NCBI GenBank assembly: GCA_964016885.1
Contig: OZ024742.1
Coordinates: forward strand, 69,378,001 to 69,442,000
Reading direction: 5' to 3'
DNA: 64,000 nucleotides
Source: Eledone cirrhosa
Taxonomy: Eukaryota
A program made the translations under genes and the position numbers. This document shows positions 47,568-61,823 of the stretch, in pieces; the first letter of the stretch is position 1; each line of letters opens with the position of its first letter. The notes below the pieces were generated by a model. It ran no database searches, was not told the DNA's origin, and saw only the letters and a list, made by a program, of their open reading frames with translations.

Positions 47568-49387
47568 TCTTTGAGTCTCAGTCATTGATGTTATTTAAAT
47601 GGAAAGTTTGTTGAAATGAATATCAAGCCACTACCTGCAGCCTCAGATATTCAGGACGTATCGGATGGTTCTTGCTGTCCCAGCAAGCATGCCTTTTGAA
47701 GTGTTCCAAAAAGCGGGACGGGACCAATTTTCTTTAACCATCCTTGGAAACTCTTTGAGATAGTACCTAGTGCACCTATGACAATCGGAACCACTTTGAC
47801 TTCATGGCAGTTCCAAATTCTTTTTACCTCCCACTTTAAGTCCTGGTATCGGTTAATTTTCTCCCTCTCCTTCTCTTGCACTCTTGTGTCGAATAGGCAG
47901 GCTACATCCACAATCAGGCACGATCTTTTTTCCTTGTCCAAAACGACCAGGTCAGGTCTATTGTGTTCCAGTTTCTTGTCCGTCTGTATCCTAAAATCCC
48001 ACAGCACCCTCACCTGATCGTTTTCTATCACCGCCTCTGGCTTATGCTCATACCACTTCTCAGAATGTGGTAAATTGTTTACTTTGCATAGGTGCCAGGG
48101 GATCACCTTGCCCATCGCATCATATCTGCAGCCTTTATAGTGAGTCTGGGCTAGGTGTTTTCACTCGGATACAATGTGAGCCACAGTCTCCTCTCTCTCT
48201 CCACAGATCCTACACAGTGGGCTAGCGTCCTCTTCCTTGTAAATATGGTGTTTCAGCCACATCGTTTTGAGGGCCTGCTCTTGCGTAGCCATTAGCATTC
48301 CTTCTGTAGCCTTTTTAAGGTCTTCTCTTTTCAACCATTTCCATATCTGTGGATCTCTGAATTCAGTTTTCTCAAAGATGGTACTATGAAGGGATTTTTC
48401 ATGAAGGTTGCTCTTTCTCCTCGTTGTTATTTCTTCCTTGGACTTCCCCTGGTCTATTGTCCTCTCCTTCAGTACAATACTGAGCATTGGCTCCCTACTA
48501 TCAGTCACGTATTTTTGTAGGTTGCTTTTCTCCATCTGAACACAGTCCTCTATGCTGATAAGACCTCTTCCACCTTCAGATCTCCTTAAGTAGAGTCTAT
48601 CGATATCACTCCTCTTGTGGAACATGTTGTAGATAGTCAATAGCTTCCTAGTCTTCCTATATATTTATTTTTGTTCAGCAACATTCCATCTCAGAATTTT
48701 CGCACTGTACCTAATAATAGACACAGCCTGGGAATTTACTGCACTTATGGCATTCCTACTGTTCGGATGTGATTTTAATACTCTCCTTTCTCTCCGAATG
48801 TATTCAGATCTTATCAATTCATTCATTTTTTTGTTCTTGATGTCATCAGCCTCCAGAATACCCAAATATTTGTATCCTTCTTCAGGGTCAATTTCCTTTA
48901 TCATCTCACATGTTGGTACCTGGATTCCGTTGCTTCTGCTCTATTTACCCCTCTTCATCACAAGGACTCCACACTTACTAATACCAAATTGTATACATAT
49001 ATCATTGTTGAAAATACGGACAGTGTCAACAAGCACATCCAACTCCTTCTCACTCTTGCCGAAGAGCTTAAGATCGTCCATGAAGAGGAGGTGATTGATG
49101 GTAAGCTCTCCCTTTCCCAACTTGTATCCTGCTCTCAGTTTTCGCAGTATAATGGTCAGGGGCATTAGGGCAAGGACAGACAACAGAGGGGACAGACTAT
49201 CTCCCTGGAAGATACCTCTCTTGATCTTCACGCCTCCCAAGGATTGTCCAGCCGATGTTAACTCTGTTGTCCAGGACTTCATACTTTTGCCCAACAACTG
49301 TCTGATGTTATCTGCCACCTTGAAGATCTCTAGGCTTTTGGTGATCCAAGAATGAGGCACCATGTCAAATGCCTTTTTGTAGTCTAA
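47568..49387 (-). mobile_element. R4/Dong-like LINE family B, RT to 3' end
   Basis: FQGDSLSP, FMDD, YKYLG, CRIC, RPD ORF pieces; tail-to-tail with the Tx1-B copy across (TTA)n. Confidence 0.92.
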
Positions 49388-49470
49388 ACCCACATCGTAC
49401 CGTCCTGTACCGTCCTCTGCCGTCTGTAATGTTTTTCTTGATGTCAGCCCTTCTGGCCAATCAAGAAATC
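49388..49470 (+). mobile_element. Tx1-B terminal 3'UTR fragment
   Basis: Matches 47473-47556; followed by (ATT)n. Confidence 0.85.
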
Positions 49471-49488
49471 ATTATTATTATTATTATT

Positions 49489-52400
49489 AATAACAACAGT
49501 AAAAACAAAAATAACAGCGGTAGAGTCGAGAACGACAATAACAATGACAATAACAACAGCCACCACAACAATAGTAGGAACAGTATCAACAAAAACAACA
49601 ATAGTAACAACAGCCACAATAACAGTAACAACGGCAACAACGAAAACAACAACAACAACACCAACAACTGTACCAACGAAAACATCAACAATGACATCGA
49701 TACATGTAACAGCGATCTCAATACCACCAGTAAGACCAGTAACGGCAGCAATAGTGGTGCTGCTGAAAAAGGGACCACTTCTTTTGCAGGTGTCGCCCGA
49801 AATATCGACACAGTGTAAGTCACAGAGGAGGAAATGGCAGTCGCAAGGGCCATGGTGGCAAGAAGCGCCAATAGAGTCTCCCTGAAACCTCCACCCTATT
49901 TTTTCCAGGACCAGCAGCAACGGACGGTGACTTACCGCACCGTAAGCAAAATCTCACATCGGGTGGAGAGAGCCACGGAGGCTCAAATCCCAAAGGCCTT
50001 GGGGTGCATCTGGGCACGCAAAACACACATCACCCGAGGCAAAAAGTACGCCACAGTAGACGTACTTTTCGCCACCCCCCAGGAAGCAAAGTCTCACTCT
50101 TTGGAAACCCTAAAGAGTGAGGAGATAGTCTTGGTACCCTACTACTGCGGGCAGAAAATTGTGAGGGTCAAAGTGACCCAGGTCCCACCCGACGTGCCCA
50201 TACCTTGGCTGGCCGCGTCTGTCCTTGCTGGAATCGAGGACAGGACGACCATGCTGCAAGTAGAGAAAATAGGGAGAGAGAACTGGTCAGGTATAGTCAT
50301 GCAAATGCTTATACAAACTGACCAGGAATGTATCGACGCTATCCCCGATATTATAGACATCGAGGAAGCACTCCAACTCCCTATAAGCGTAGAAGGAAGA
50401 CGGCCAAAATGTTATCTCTGTGGGTCGAAGGGTCACCTTAGGATCTTTTGCCAGCAGAAAACAGCGAAGAAGAAGGCCCCCCTCCTTCCAATACCTGGTC
50501 CGCTGCTACCAAGAGCAGGGCAGGCAACAAACGTAGAAGCCCCTTCCACGGCGAGTAGGAGGGCAACGTCCGTGGCACCCGTACCAAGGCCACGGACAAC
50601 TAAAGCAGCAGCATCAGTGGCGGCAACACCAATAGCTACATTTGAAGTAGCTACACCAGCAACAAAATTGCCGAAGAGGGCTCCACTACCACCACCAACA
50701 GCCGTGGAGCACATACCCCTACCAGACGCCACGGAATCCGACAGGGAGTTTGAGGCGGGAGTGAAGTGGCAAACGGTCTGCCACAAAAAACAAAAAACAA
50801 AAAACCCTTAGATTCACACTCCAAAAGCGAAGGCACACAAAGAGGGGTAAAGGCAGCAAGGAAACTTGCAGCAACACCACCACCATCATCATCACCACCA
50901 CAAACACCACCGCCAACAACAACCACACCACCACCAGCATCACCAAAAACATCAACAACCCAAACAAAACAAAACACACACACCAAACAGCAACAAGAAG
51001 AAAACAGCGACAAAATCACCCCTTCCCACATAAAAAGCACACAGCCATAAACATGGCAAAAAAAGAATCAATAAAATATATAAAGCAGCACACAGACATC
51101 ACATAAACAAACTACTACACACCACCAACACCAAGAACTCTCCCGACAAACATAAGCATCATTGAAATCTCAATAGAACAGTACAAACCTTTAAAACAAA
51201 AATTCCCCAACGCAGTTGGAGACTTCAGAGGGTCGGTTACCAAAGGATATACACTGACATCCTCTTGGAAATACCCATGACCAGCGAAAGGGACGGTTCT
51301 ACTGTCCCTTCACCACACGATCAAGGTAAGTGACCCTTTCTCACTTGCCCGTTTCTCATCCAACATGGCCGTACTCAGAATAAGCAGTATAAATGCGCGT
51401 GGCCTGGGGTCATCTTGGAAGCAGGGTCACCTGCTCAACGACCTCAGGTCACTAAACATAAATGTGGTGGCCATCAGTGAGACCAGAATCTCCGAAGCAC
51501 AAGCCTTCGCACCGATATTTGGCGGCTACGATGTATACGCATCTCCCAGCCGTCCAGGATCGGAGGGTAGGGTTGCCGTCCTTTTTTAGAGAGGCTTGGA
51601 TCTCGCCATACGGGCCATCTTCCTAAACCCAGAAGGTAAGTCGGTGGTGCTGAACGTGACCGGCAGCGAAGGCAATGCTTTCAGGCTAGTAGCCGTCTAC
51701 GCCCCAACAGGGGCAGGACGGCCAGATTTCTTTAGACGTCTAGAAACCTTTTTTGGAACGTCCTGCTCTTTAGTGTTAGTGGGCGACTGGAACGGTATCT
51801 TGGATGCACGCTGGGATTGTATAGGGATAGTGGATAGGAGAGGAGAGTGAAAGAGCCTCACCAACCTGCTCAGACGTTTTGAACTGTCTGACAGGTATCG
51901 ACTGGATCACCCGAATGTGCCAATGTCGACATGGACAAACCGCATCGGCTCATCCAGATCGTATCTCGATAGGGTATTCTGCAGAGAACTAGATAAGGCT
52001 AGTATAAGTTGTCCACAATTTAAAATAGTCGACTATACAGACCACAAATTTGTGATCTGTGAGATTGACATAGACAGACTTCATAGACAAGGGCCCAGTT
52101 ACTGGAAGCTGAAGGCGTCTTTCTCGGCGCGCAAAGCCTACAGAGACCGGATTAGCGTATTAGTTAAGCGGGCGTTGACGGGAGCGGCCATCAACAACAG
52201 GTAGTGGTTCGCCCTGAAAAGGGCAATTAAAGTAGAGTCGATTAGGTTTAGCAAAGGAGTAGTGATAGAGGAAAATAGGGTAGAGGGAGAGCTAGTTAGA
52301 AAGCTAGAAGAGGCGTTTAGGACGGGCATCGCAACCGGCGTGCTTGCGGCGAGATTGGCACTCGACCAATTCTTCAACGCAAAACCCGAAGGCTGCGTTG

Positions 52401-54924
52401 TCAGAGCTAGAGCGCGTGCTCTGAAACATGAAGGGACAAAAGCCGTCCAATGGGCCCGGGTGGCAGAGGCGCGACGTGGCAACAAAGCCACAATTCGGTC
52501 TTTGTCTGACCAAAACGGGTGCGTGATGCTCGAACCCGAGCGGATGTGTGAAGCTTTTCAGCAGCACTTTGCTGAAATGTTCGGGAGAAGCGGCGGTCTG
52601 GATCAGGGCATGGACTTCAGTGCATACCTCAACGGACTGCCTCGGCTTTCGAGGACCGTAGCACAGTGTTGCGAAAAGACAATAACAGCCGGTGAAATAC
52701 GGGAAGCGAGGGCTAGCTGCACAAGGGGTAAATCGCCAGGTTTGGATGGTCTGCCCTACGAGCTTTATGCATTTATGCCAGACTTGTTAGGTGACCTCTT
52801 GGCAGACGTCTACTGCAACTGGCAGCAGAATGGGAGCATTCCCAGTTTTGTGAGCCGGGGAGCGGTGGCGCTGCTGAGAAAAGACCGAACAAGGGGGATG
52901 TTATCGATAATTTCAGGCCCATAACCTTGCTAAGCGAACAATTCAAGATTTTGGCGAAGGTGTTAGCAACGAGGTTAGCGCTTGTCGTCAAGCGTCTGGT
53001 CGGAGAGGCACAAACATGCGCCATTCCGGACAGATCCATACACGACAACCTCCTCCTCATGCGATACATCATAGAGAGGGTGGTTAAGGAACCTGGCACG
53101 GGTGGGGCCCTGAACAATATGGATCAATCCAAAGCATTCGATAGGGTCGACCATCGGTCCCTGGCGGCGGTCCTCGAGGCAGCCGGTTTCGGGCCCGTTT
53201 TCAGGGGTTGTATCGCAGCGATGTACCGCAACATCTGCTCAGTTGTGAGGGTGAACGGTCACCTGTCGCAGCCGTTCAACATCATGCACTCAGTCTGCCA
53301 GGATTGTCCCCTCTCGCCCCTCTTGTACGTATTGGCTCTCGATCCGTTACTGCACAAACTGGGTGCGACGAGGGGCGTCCCACGCGAACTAGGATGCGAG
53401 AAATCCGAGTCGGCTTGCGCCGACGACGTCACCCTTCTTATGTAGAGCACCAGACACATCCAGATGCTCGGCACCGCTCTCAAGGAATACGAAGCGGTGA
53501 CAGGAGCAAAGATATACCAGGAAAAGTCGGTGGTCTTGCAGCTGGGCACCTGGAGAGGCAAGTCCATGCCGTCCGACAGCGCCGTGGGGCGTTGGACGGA
53601 CGGACCGGTTAAATTGCTCAGGGTCTGGTCGGACCGGACCTCTAGATGGAGAAAAACTGGAACGAGGTGACGAGCAAGGTGGCCTCACTCACCCAGAAAT
53701 GGGCCGAAAGGAAGCTGTCCCTGAAAGGCCGGGTGAAGGTGGCGAATTCGTACATCGCATCCGTCATCTGCTACCGCCTCACCGTCGTCCCTTGCTCCGA
53801 CCCAACTCTCACCAAAATGGAGCGCCTCCTCTTCCGCTTTTTGTGGAAGGGACGCGCTCCCATGGTCAGACAATCCATCTGCTGTCAACACCCGTTGCGT
53901 GGAGGACTGGACATGCCATGGCTGATGATGCGCAAACATATGCTGAGGCTGCGACATCTCTGGTGCTTCCTTGACCGTGAACAGGTGTGGTCGCCGTTAG
54001 CCAGGCACGTTTTCCCACAGCTCGTCTCCTTGACGGAGCTGCAATCCTGGGTCAGGAAAACACCGAGGAATAGCGCTTGGAAACTGGAATGTCTCCAGGC
54101 GCTCACTGCCCTCTGCCAGCTGGGCACCAGTATCGGTGGAACATCCACCTCAGCGTTCTATAGAGGACTAGTGGAGGGGAAGTACGACGACGTTCTCAGA
54201 GAGATCTTGGGCGTCGAAGAAGATCAGCTGTTTGCTCTCTTCCGGTGAACTTTCAGCCCGGGGCCTATGGATAACTTCCAAAAATCCCTGGCCTGGGAGT
54301 ACTACCGGGGTGCGTTGACGGTTCGCGATAAGCTCTACAGGCACGGAAGTGCCGTCAGCCGAGCCTGTCCGAGATGCGCGCTGAACGACGAAACCGTCGT
54401 GCACGCACTGGTTCAGTGCCCGAGCATTACTGACTTGTGGAGCTATGTCGAACAGTTGCTGTCGCGTGTAGAACTGATCCGGTTTTTCGACTGAGTCCAT
54501 TGTGCAAATGGTTTCGCCGTCTTCCTTCGAGGAGGAAGGGCAGGCGGTTTTCATCTGCCTGGTGGCCATGGGGAAAGAGATTGTGTGGTGGACAAGGTTG
54601 AAAGGCTTAAAGACAGACAGTTTCCTCTTCGGTGAATACCTAATCAACTTTTTCAAGTTTCACTTGAAGAGGAAAATTAGGGTGGAGAGGCAAGTGCTTC
54701 TAGCAAGTTTGTTGAAAGGTGTGTGAATGTAGCGAGAATGGTCAGAGTGAACGGGACTGCTCTGAATATACGTCTGTAGTTTGAGAAATGGAAAAATTTT
54801 GTGAGGGCGCTTGCTCTGCTGGTCAGGATGGCCGTGGTCTTTTGTGTGGTTTTCGCCACTAGTAACCCTCGGAGGTATCCTCCCTATTGGGGAATTTTTC
54901 ATTGTTTCAATTTTCATTTTTATT

Positions 54925-54969
<45 letters not shown>

Positions 54970-55108
54970 TCTATATTTTTTTTTATATTTTTATATAAAT
55001 AATAAAAATCTCTACACACACAAAACCATCATCGTACCGCCCTGTACCGTCCTGTGCCATCTGTAATGTTTTTTCTTGATGTCAGCCCTTGTGGCCAATA
55101 AAGAAATC
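49489..55108 (+). mobile_element. Tx1-like LINE family B, near full length, inactivated
   Basis: ORF1 with CYLCGSKGHLRIFC (49834-50811, homologous to family A ORF1), ORF2 from ATG 51365 (MAVLRISSINARGL) to ~54779, 3'UTR + (ATT)n. Confidence 0.93.
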
Positions 55109-55132
55109 ATTATTATTATTATTATTATTATT

Positions 55133-55920
55133 TGCATTTATCTTGCTTTATGTTCATACGAGTTATCACCAAGTCACAACCAGTGACCTCAAGAGACAAC
55201 AAGGTCCGCCATGTTCAAGAAAGAACATACATATTCACACATGCATCCTTAGTGTTTAGACTTGTGATGTACTTATATTGACAGAATCTTCCTTAGTATA
55301 TGGGCAGTTCCCATTAGTACTATCTTTTGTATTTCTCCTATACGCGGGTTTCCTGGGATTTGCGATAAGTAGTCGTTAGACCCCTTAGGTATCATTCCCA
55401 GAGCGCCTACAACCACTGGTATTGTTTTAGTTCTCAATTTCCACATTTTTCCAATTTCTATCTCCAGGTCCTTATACTTGCTCAATTTTTCAAATGTTTT
55501 TATAGATACATTCTTGTCTATTGGAACGGACATATCAATTAGCAGGCATACCCTCCTTTGAAAGTCCTTCAATATTATATCAGGTCTGTTTGCATCTATT
55601 TTTCGGTCTGTTTGGATGCTAAAGTTCCACAAGATTGAGATGTGATCTTTTTCAAGTATGGGAGGTGGTTGATGTTCCCACCAATTCTTTTGATGGGGCA
55701 GGTCAAAATGCTTACACATTATCCAATGTATGTATTGTGCAGCTCTGTCATGCCTGTTTAGGTATTCGGTTGGAGCTATAGGACTGCACATTGAAATTAT
55801 ATGGTCAATGGTCTCTGGTTGTTTTTTGCAAACACGGCATAATGGGCTGCACCCATTTTTTATTATGTTGGCTTGGTAATTTTTTGTTGGCAGACACTGA
55901 TCTTGTGCGGATATAATCAG
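55133..55920 (-). mobile_element. R4/Dong-like LINE family A, 3' fragment with intact RLE
   Basis: ORF 55273-55791 RHD, RPDII, EK..Y.DL, HILRKILSI; (TTA)n on both sides. Confidence 0.92.
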
Positions 55921-55927
55921 TTATTAA

Positions 55928-55976
<49 letters not shown>

Positions 55977-58900
55977 GGCGACCTACGTAGTAAATCGTAT
56001 TATCGTGAGCTCCGCAAAAGTTTGTTATTCTCAGTTGTTTAAAATTGCCATTTATGGAAAATCTTTATTGTTAATTGTATATAAGTGCACATACATTGTT
56101 TTCTGAAAAGGACACTCAAAAAGATTGGGGCCTTGAGCCCAAAATTTAAACTTTTATAATTATCAAACAAAGATTTTTCTTTGAAAATTCATGGACGATC
56201 AGTGTAACACCTTCCTCACAAACTAACACCTCACACCGACACCACCATTGTAAATATTACTACGTTTGCCAACACTAAAAATATAAGCAGTAGCAATATT
56301 TTTAATTTGTCTCAGGCAGACATTCATTTCCCGCCATTACCAATGACGGGAGGTGTTAAAGCCGCCACCCCCACCACCACCACAGCGACAACAGAAACAA
56401 AAGAAAAAATAAATTAACTCGTGATATCGAAATGAATTCAACCAAAATGAACTCTTCCACACCGAACACCACTGACGCCACCACCACCACAACTGAAACT
56501 AAAATTAACAATAACAAAAATAACGATAACAACAACAACAACAACAATGAAATTAAGAAAACCACCCTGAGTTTTGCCAGAGTAGCGAAACAGTGCGAAG
56601 TATTTCAGGTAACTCAGGAGGAATTAGAAGAAGCCAAAACAATGGTAAAGAAAGATGGGTACAGGGTCAGCCCCCCCCCCTAAATAAAATGGAGCATCGG
56701 CGCCTATGCACCGTGTCTTATCGAACAAGTAACATAAAATCGCGCCGAGTGGAACGGGAATCCGAGTCCCAAATCCAAAAAGCTTGGGGACATGTGTGGG
56801 AAAAAAAACCCACATCAGACGTGGGCAGAAATATGGAACCGTGGACGTGTTCTTTGAAACACCACAGGAGGAAAAATCATGGCCCCATTAAGAAGTGACG
56901 ACTTCACACTCGTCCCAAGCTATTGTGGCCAGAGACTCGTAAAGATCAGGGTGACCAACGTTCCACCGGCCATCGAAATTCCCTGGCTAATAGCTGCCGT
57001 CCTCGCCGGCATCGAAGCCAACACCAAGATAATCGAAATAGCGAAAGAAAAGCAGGAGAACTGGTCCAGATCTGGGATGGAGCTCCTGATCCAAGCGGAC
57101 CAAAAAAGCATTGAGGAGATCCCAGAGGTAATAGACCTCACTGACGGCAGCCACCTCACGGTAATTGTCGAGGGCAGAAGACCTAGGTGTGTCGTTTGTG
57201 GTGAAGGAACCCACATAAGGGCTTTCTGCCCTCAGGCTAAAAGGTTGAAGCCACCTCTCTTACCCATCACAGTGACTCAACCATCAACACCACCAGCAGC
57301 AGAGATGGTAGCAACAACTGTAGCAGCAAGAACAGAAGCAACTGTAACAGCAACAACCCCAGCAACAGTAGCAAAACCAACACCATCACCACCCAACGCG
57401 CCAGAACTAGCACCAGCGCCTACACCATCTACCACGACACAACCAAAGCCAACGCCTGTGGAGGATTTTACACTCCCCGGCCTATCACAACTGGAGACAG
57501 ATTGTGACGACGAGGAGTGGGAAACGGTATCAGGAAAAAAAAAAAGAAACCAAAAGAGAAAAAAATTCTCTTCCCTCCCCCTCCAAAAACAAAATACAGA
57601 AGGAAACAAATAAACTATCAAACAAAAAAGTTAGGACAAATATGCCACCATCCACACCAGCATCACCAACCCCATCACCACAAACACCAACACCATCACC
57701 ATCATTAACCACAAACCACCATCACCAACACCACAAAAGTCACCAAAAAGCGAAACAGAAACAAACCCACAACAAACGCAAACAAAACAAAACAACCAAA
57801 ACGATACACACTACACAGCATTAAATTTGAATAACAACTAATTATTACACTACATCCAACACAAAACCAGCATCAGAGAAAAGGACTACACAACAACCGA
57901 AAAGTTCACACACCTCCACACATACAAATCACTCGCATCACACAGAAAACGTACACGACACTAAAACAAAAATTCCCCAAAGACATCGGAGACTTCCGAC
58001 AAGCACTCTCCAGGAGGATTTATAAGGACATCCTTCCTGAGGAGGCCACAAGCAGTGAAAAGGATGGAGAAACCATCCTTCCTCTACGAGTAGTAAGGTA
58101 AGTGGTCTTTCCCATCTTTTCCACTCCATTTCAACATGACCTCACTCAGAATAGGCAGTATAAATGCGCGTGGCTTGGGGTCGTCATGGAAGCAGGGCCA
58201 CCTGCTCAACGACCTCAGGTAACTAAACATAGATCTAGTGGCCATCAGCGAGACCAGAATCTCCGAAGCACGGGCCTTCGCACCGATCTTCGGCGGCTAC
58301 GATGTGTACGCATCTCCCAGCCGTCCTGGATCGGCGGGAGGATGTGCTTTTCCGGAGAGGTTTGGATCTCGCCATACGGGCCATCTTCCTGGACCCAGAA
58401 GGTAAGTTGGTGGTGCTGGACGTGATCAGCGGAGACGGGCAAGCTTTCAGGCTAGTGGCCGTCTATGCCCCGAGAGGAGCAGGGCGGCCTGATTTATTCC
58501 GGCGTCTGGAGACCTTTCTTGGAACGTCCCGCTCTTTAGTGTTAGTGGGCGACTGGAACGGGATCTTAGATGCACGCTGGGACTGTGTGGGAGTAGCGGA
58601 TAGGGGAGGAGGGTGCAAGAGCCTCACCAGCCTGCTCAGGCGTTTTGAACTGTCTGACAGGTACCGATTGGATTTCCCGAACGTGCCAATGTGGATTTGG
58701 ACAAATCGCATACGGTCAACCAGATCATATCTAGATAGAGTATTTTGTAGGGAAATAGATAGGTCTAACATAGACTGTCCACAATACAAGATAGTCAGCT
58801 ACACGGACCACAAATTCGTGATCTGTGTGCTTGACTTAGATAGCCTTCATAGACGAGGACTCGGCTACTGGAAGTTAAACGCGTCCTTACCAGCGCGCAA

Positions 58901-61771
58901 GGCCTACAGAGACCCGATTAGCGAACTAGTTAAGCGGGCGTTGACGGGGCCATCGTCAACAAGAAGTGGTGGTTTGCTCTGAAAAGAGCGATTAGAATAG
59001 AGTCCATTAGATTTATTAAGGCTTTAGCAATAGAGAAAAATAGAGCAGAGGGAGAATTAGTTAGAAAATTAGACGAAGCGCTTAGCAAAGACATCGCAAC
59101 CGAGGTACTTGCGGCGAAATTGGCCCTTGACCATTTCTTCAATGCAAAGCACGAAGGCTGCGTTGTCAGAGCTAGGGTGCGTGCTCTCAGACACGAGGGG
59201 ACGAAAGCCGTTCAATGGGCCCTAGTGGCGGAGGCGCGTCATGGCAACAGAGCCACAATCCGGTCTTTGGTGGACCACGACGGGCGCATGCTACTCGATC
59301 CCGGGCTAAATGTGTGAAGCTTTCCAGCGACACTTCGCCCAGCTGTTCGGGGGCAGCGGCGGGACGAATCGAGGGATGGACTTTAGTGTCTGCCTCGACG
59401 GACTGCCGCGGCTCTCGGCCACTGAGGCGGAGTGTTGCGAAAAGCCGATGAAGTACGGGAGGCAATGACTGGCTGCACAAGGGGTAAATCGCCTGGTTTG
59501 GATGGTCTGCCCCGTATGAACTTTACGTACAGATGCCAGACTTTTTTGGAGGCCTCCTGGCTGACGTCTACTGTAACTGGCACCAGAACGGGAGAATTCC
59601 TAGCTCTGTGACCCGAGGGGATGTGGAGCTGCTGAGAAAGGATCCGAACAAGGGGGATAACATAGATAATTTCATGCCCATAACTCTGCTAAACACAGAG
59701 TTCAAGATTTTGGCCAAGGTGCTAGCAAAGAGGTTGGCGCTTGTCGTTGGTGGTCTAGTGAAAGGGGCGCAGACGTGCGCCATTCCCGACAGATCCATCC
59801 ACGACAGCCTCCACCTCATGCGATACATCGTAGAGAGGGTAGCTAGGGAACCTGGCACGGGTGGGTCCTTGATCAATTTAGATCAGTCGAAAGCTTTCGA
59901 TAGGGTCGTCTAGCGTTATCTGGCGGCAATCCTGAGGGCGGCTGGCTTTGGGCCCGTCTTCAGAGGCTGGATCGCTGCTATGCACAGCGACATCTGCTCT
60001 GTGGTGAGAGTGAACGGTCACCTTTCGGAACCGTTCAACATTATGCGCTCGGTCCGCCAAGGATGTCCCCTCTCGTCCCTCTTGTACGTATTGACTCTCG
60101 AGCCATTACTGCACAAACTGGAGAAGTTGAGGGGAATCCCGCGCGAACAAGGATGCGGAAGATTCGTGTCAGCATATGTGGACGATGTCACCGTAGTGGT
60201 GAGCGAACGCCAAACACATCGAGGCGATCGGCACTACACTAAGAGAATACGAAGCGGTGACAGGAGCAAGGATCAACCAGGAAAAGTCAGTGGGCCTGCA
60301 TCTCGGCACCTGGAGAGGCAGGTCCATGCCGTCCAACAGGGTCGTGGGGTGCTGGACGGACAGTCGTGTAAATTGCTAGGGGTCTGGTTCGGTCCGGACC
60401 TCAGACGGGCAAAAACTGGGACGAGGTGACGAGCAGGGTGGCTTCTCTCACCCAGAAATGGGCGGAGAGGAAGCTATCCCTGAAAGGTCGAGCGGAGGTG
60501 GTTAACGCGTACATCGCGTCCGTCATCTACTACGTTGCCCTAAGCCCCGCCTGACCGTCATACCTTGTCCTAAGCCCCGCCTGACTGCGCTGGAGCGTTT
60601 GTTCTTTCGTTTTTTGTGGAAAGGCCGCGCTTCGATGGTCAGGCGGTCTATCTGCGGTCAACACCCGCTACGTGGAGGGCTGGGCATGCCGTGGCTGATG
60701 ATGCGCAGACACGGGCTCAGGCTACGTCATCTCCACCTCCTCCTTGACGGTGATCAGGTGGTGTCGCCGTTTGCTAGACACGTCTTTCCCCAGCTCGTCT
60801 CCTCTAGGGAGCTGCAGTCCTGGGTCAAGCGAAGACCGAGAGGGAGCGCTTGCAGACTGGAATATCTTCAGGCGCTCACAGCCCTCGACCAATCGGGCAA
60901 TGTGATCGGTGTAAACACCACCTTGGCGTTCTATAGAGGATTAGTGGAGGGGAAGAGCGACGACGTACTTGGAGAAACTCTAGGCGTCGAAGAACTTTCG
61001 GGCCGGGGCCTGTGGACAACTTCCACACATCCCTGGCCTGGCAGTGCTACCGAGGAGCTGTGCCAGTTCGGGATAAAATCTACAGGCATGGAGGTGCCGT
61101 CAGTTGGACATGTCCGAGATGCGCGCAGGGCGACGAAACCGTCCTGCACGCACTCGTCCAGTGTCCGAGCATTGCTGACTTGTGGGCTTATGTCGAACAC
61201 CTGCTGTCGCGTGTAGGACGGAGCCAGCTATCAGCTGAGTCCATCGTGAGGATTGCCCCGCTCACTTCCTTTAGCCGGGAAGGGCAGGCAGTTTTTATCT
61301 GTCTGGTGGCCATGGCGAAAAAGATAGTATGGTGGACACGTTTGAAAGGGCTGAAGACGAGCACTTACCTCTTCGGTGATGCCCTGATTAACTTTTTCAA
61401 ATTTCATTTGAAAAGGAAAATCAGGGTAGAGAGGGAAGTGATCTCTTCCCAGCATTTTGTTGAAAGGTGGGTGAGAGAAGCAAGTATGGTCCGAGTGAAT
61501 GGGCCTACTCTGAGTATGTGTATGTAAATTAAAGGTAGAAAACTGGGAGAGGAACTTGCCCTGGTGATCAGGGTCACTGTGGCCTTTTAATGGGCTTCTC
61601 CACAAATGTCCCTCGGAAGTCTCCCCCCTATTGGGGCATTTTTCATTGTTTCTATTTTTGTTACATCCTCTGTTTTTTTTACACGCAGAAATGCCCATTT
61701 GTACCTCCTCTATTGTCCTATACTGTCCTTAATGTCTACTTTATGTAAACCCTTGTGGTTACTAAAGAAAA

Positions 61772-61772
<1 letters not shown>
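55977..61772 (+). mobile_element. Tx1-like LINE family A, full length, inactivated
   Basis: Colinear with 32232-38106; many frameshifts and stops; (TTA)n flanks. Confidence 0.95.

Positions 61773-61823
<51 letters not shown>

Noticed and set aside
49369-49818. Asn-rich ORF as a host gene
   Set aside because: It spans a Tx1 3'UTR, the TTA tract and the low-complexity N-terminus of Tx1-B ORF1 (ends in the SFAGVA motif parallel to family A SFARVA)
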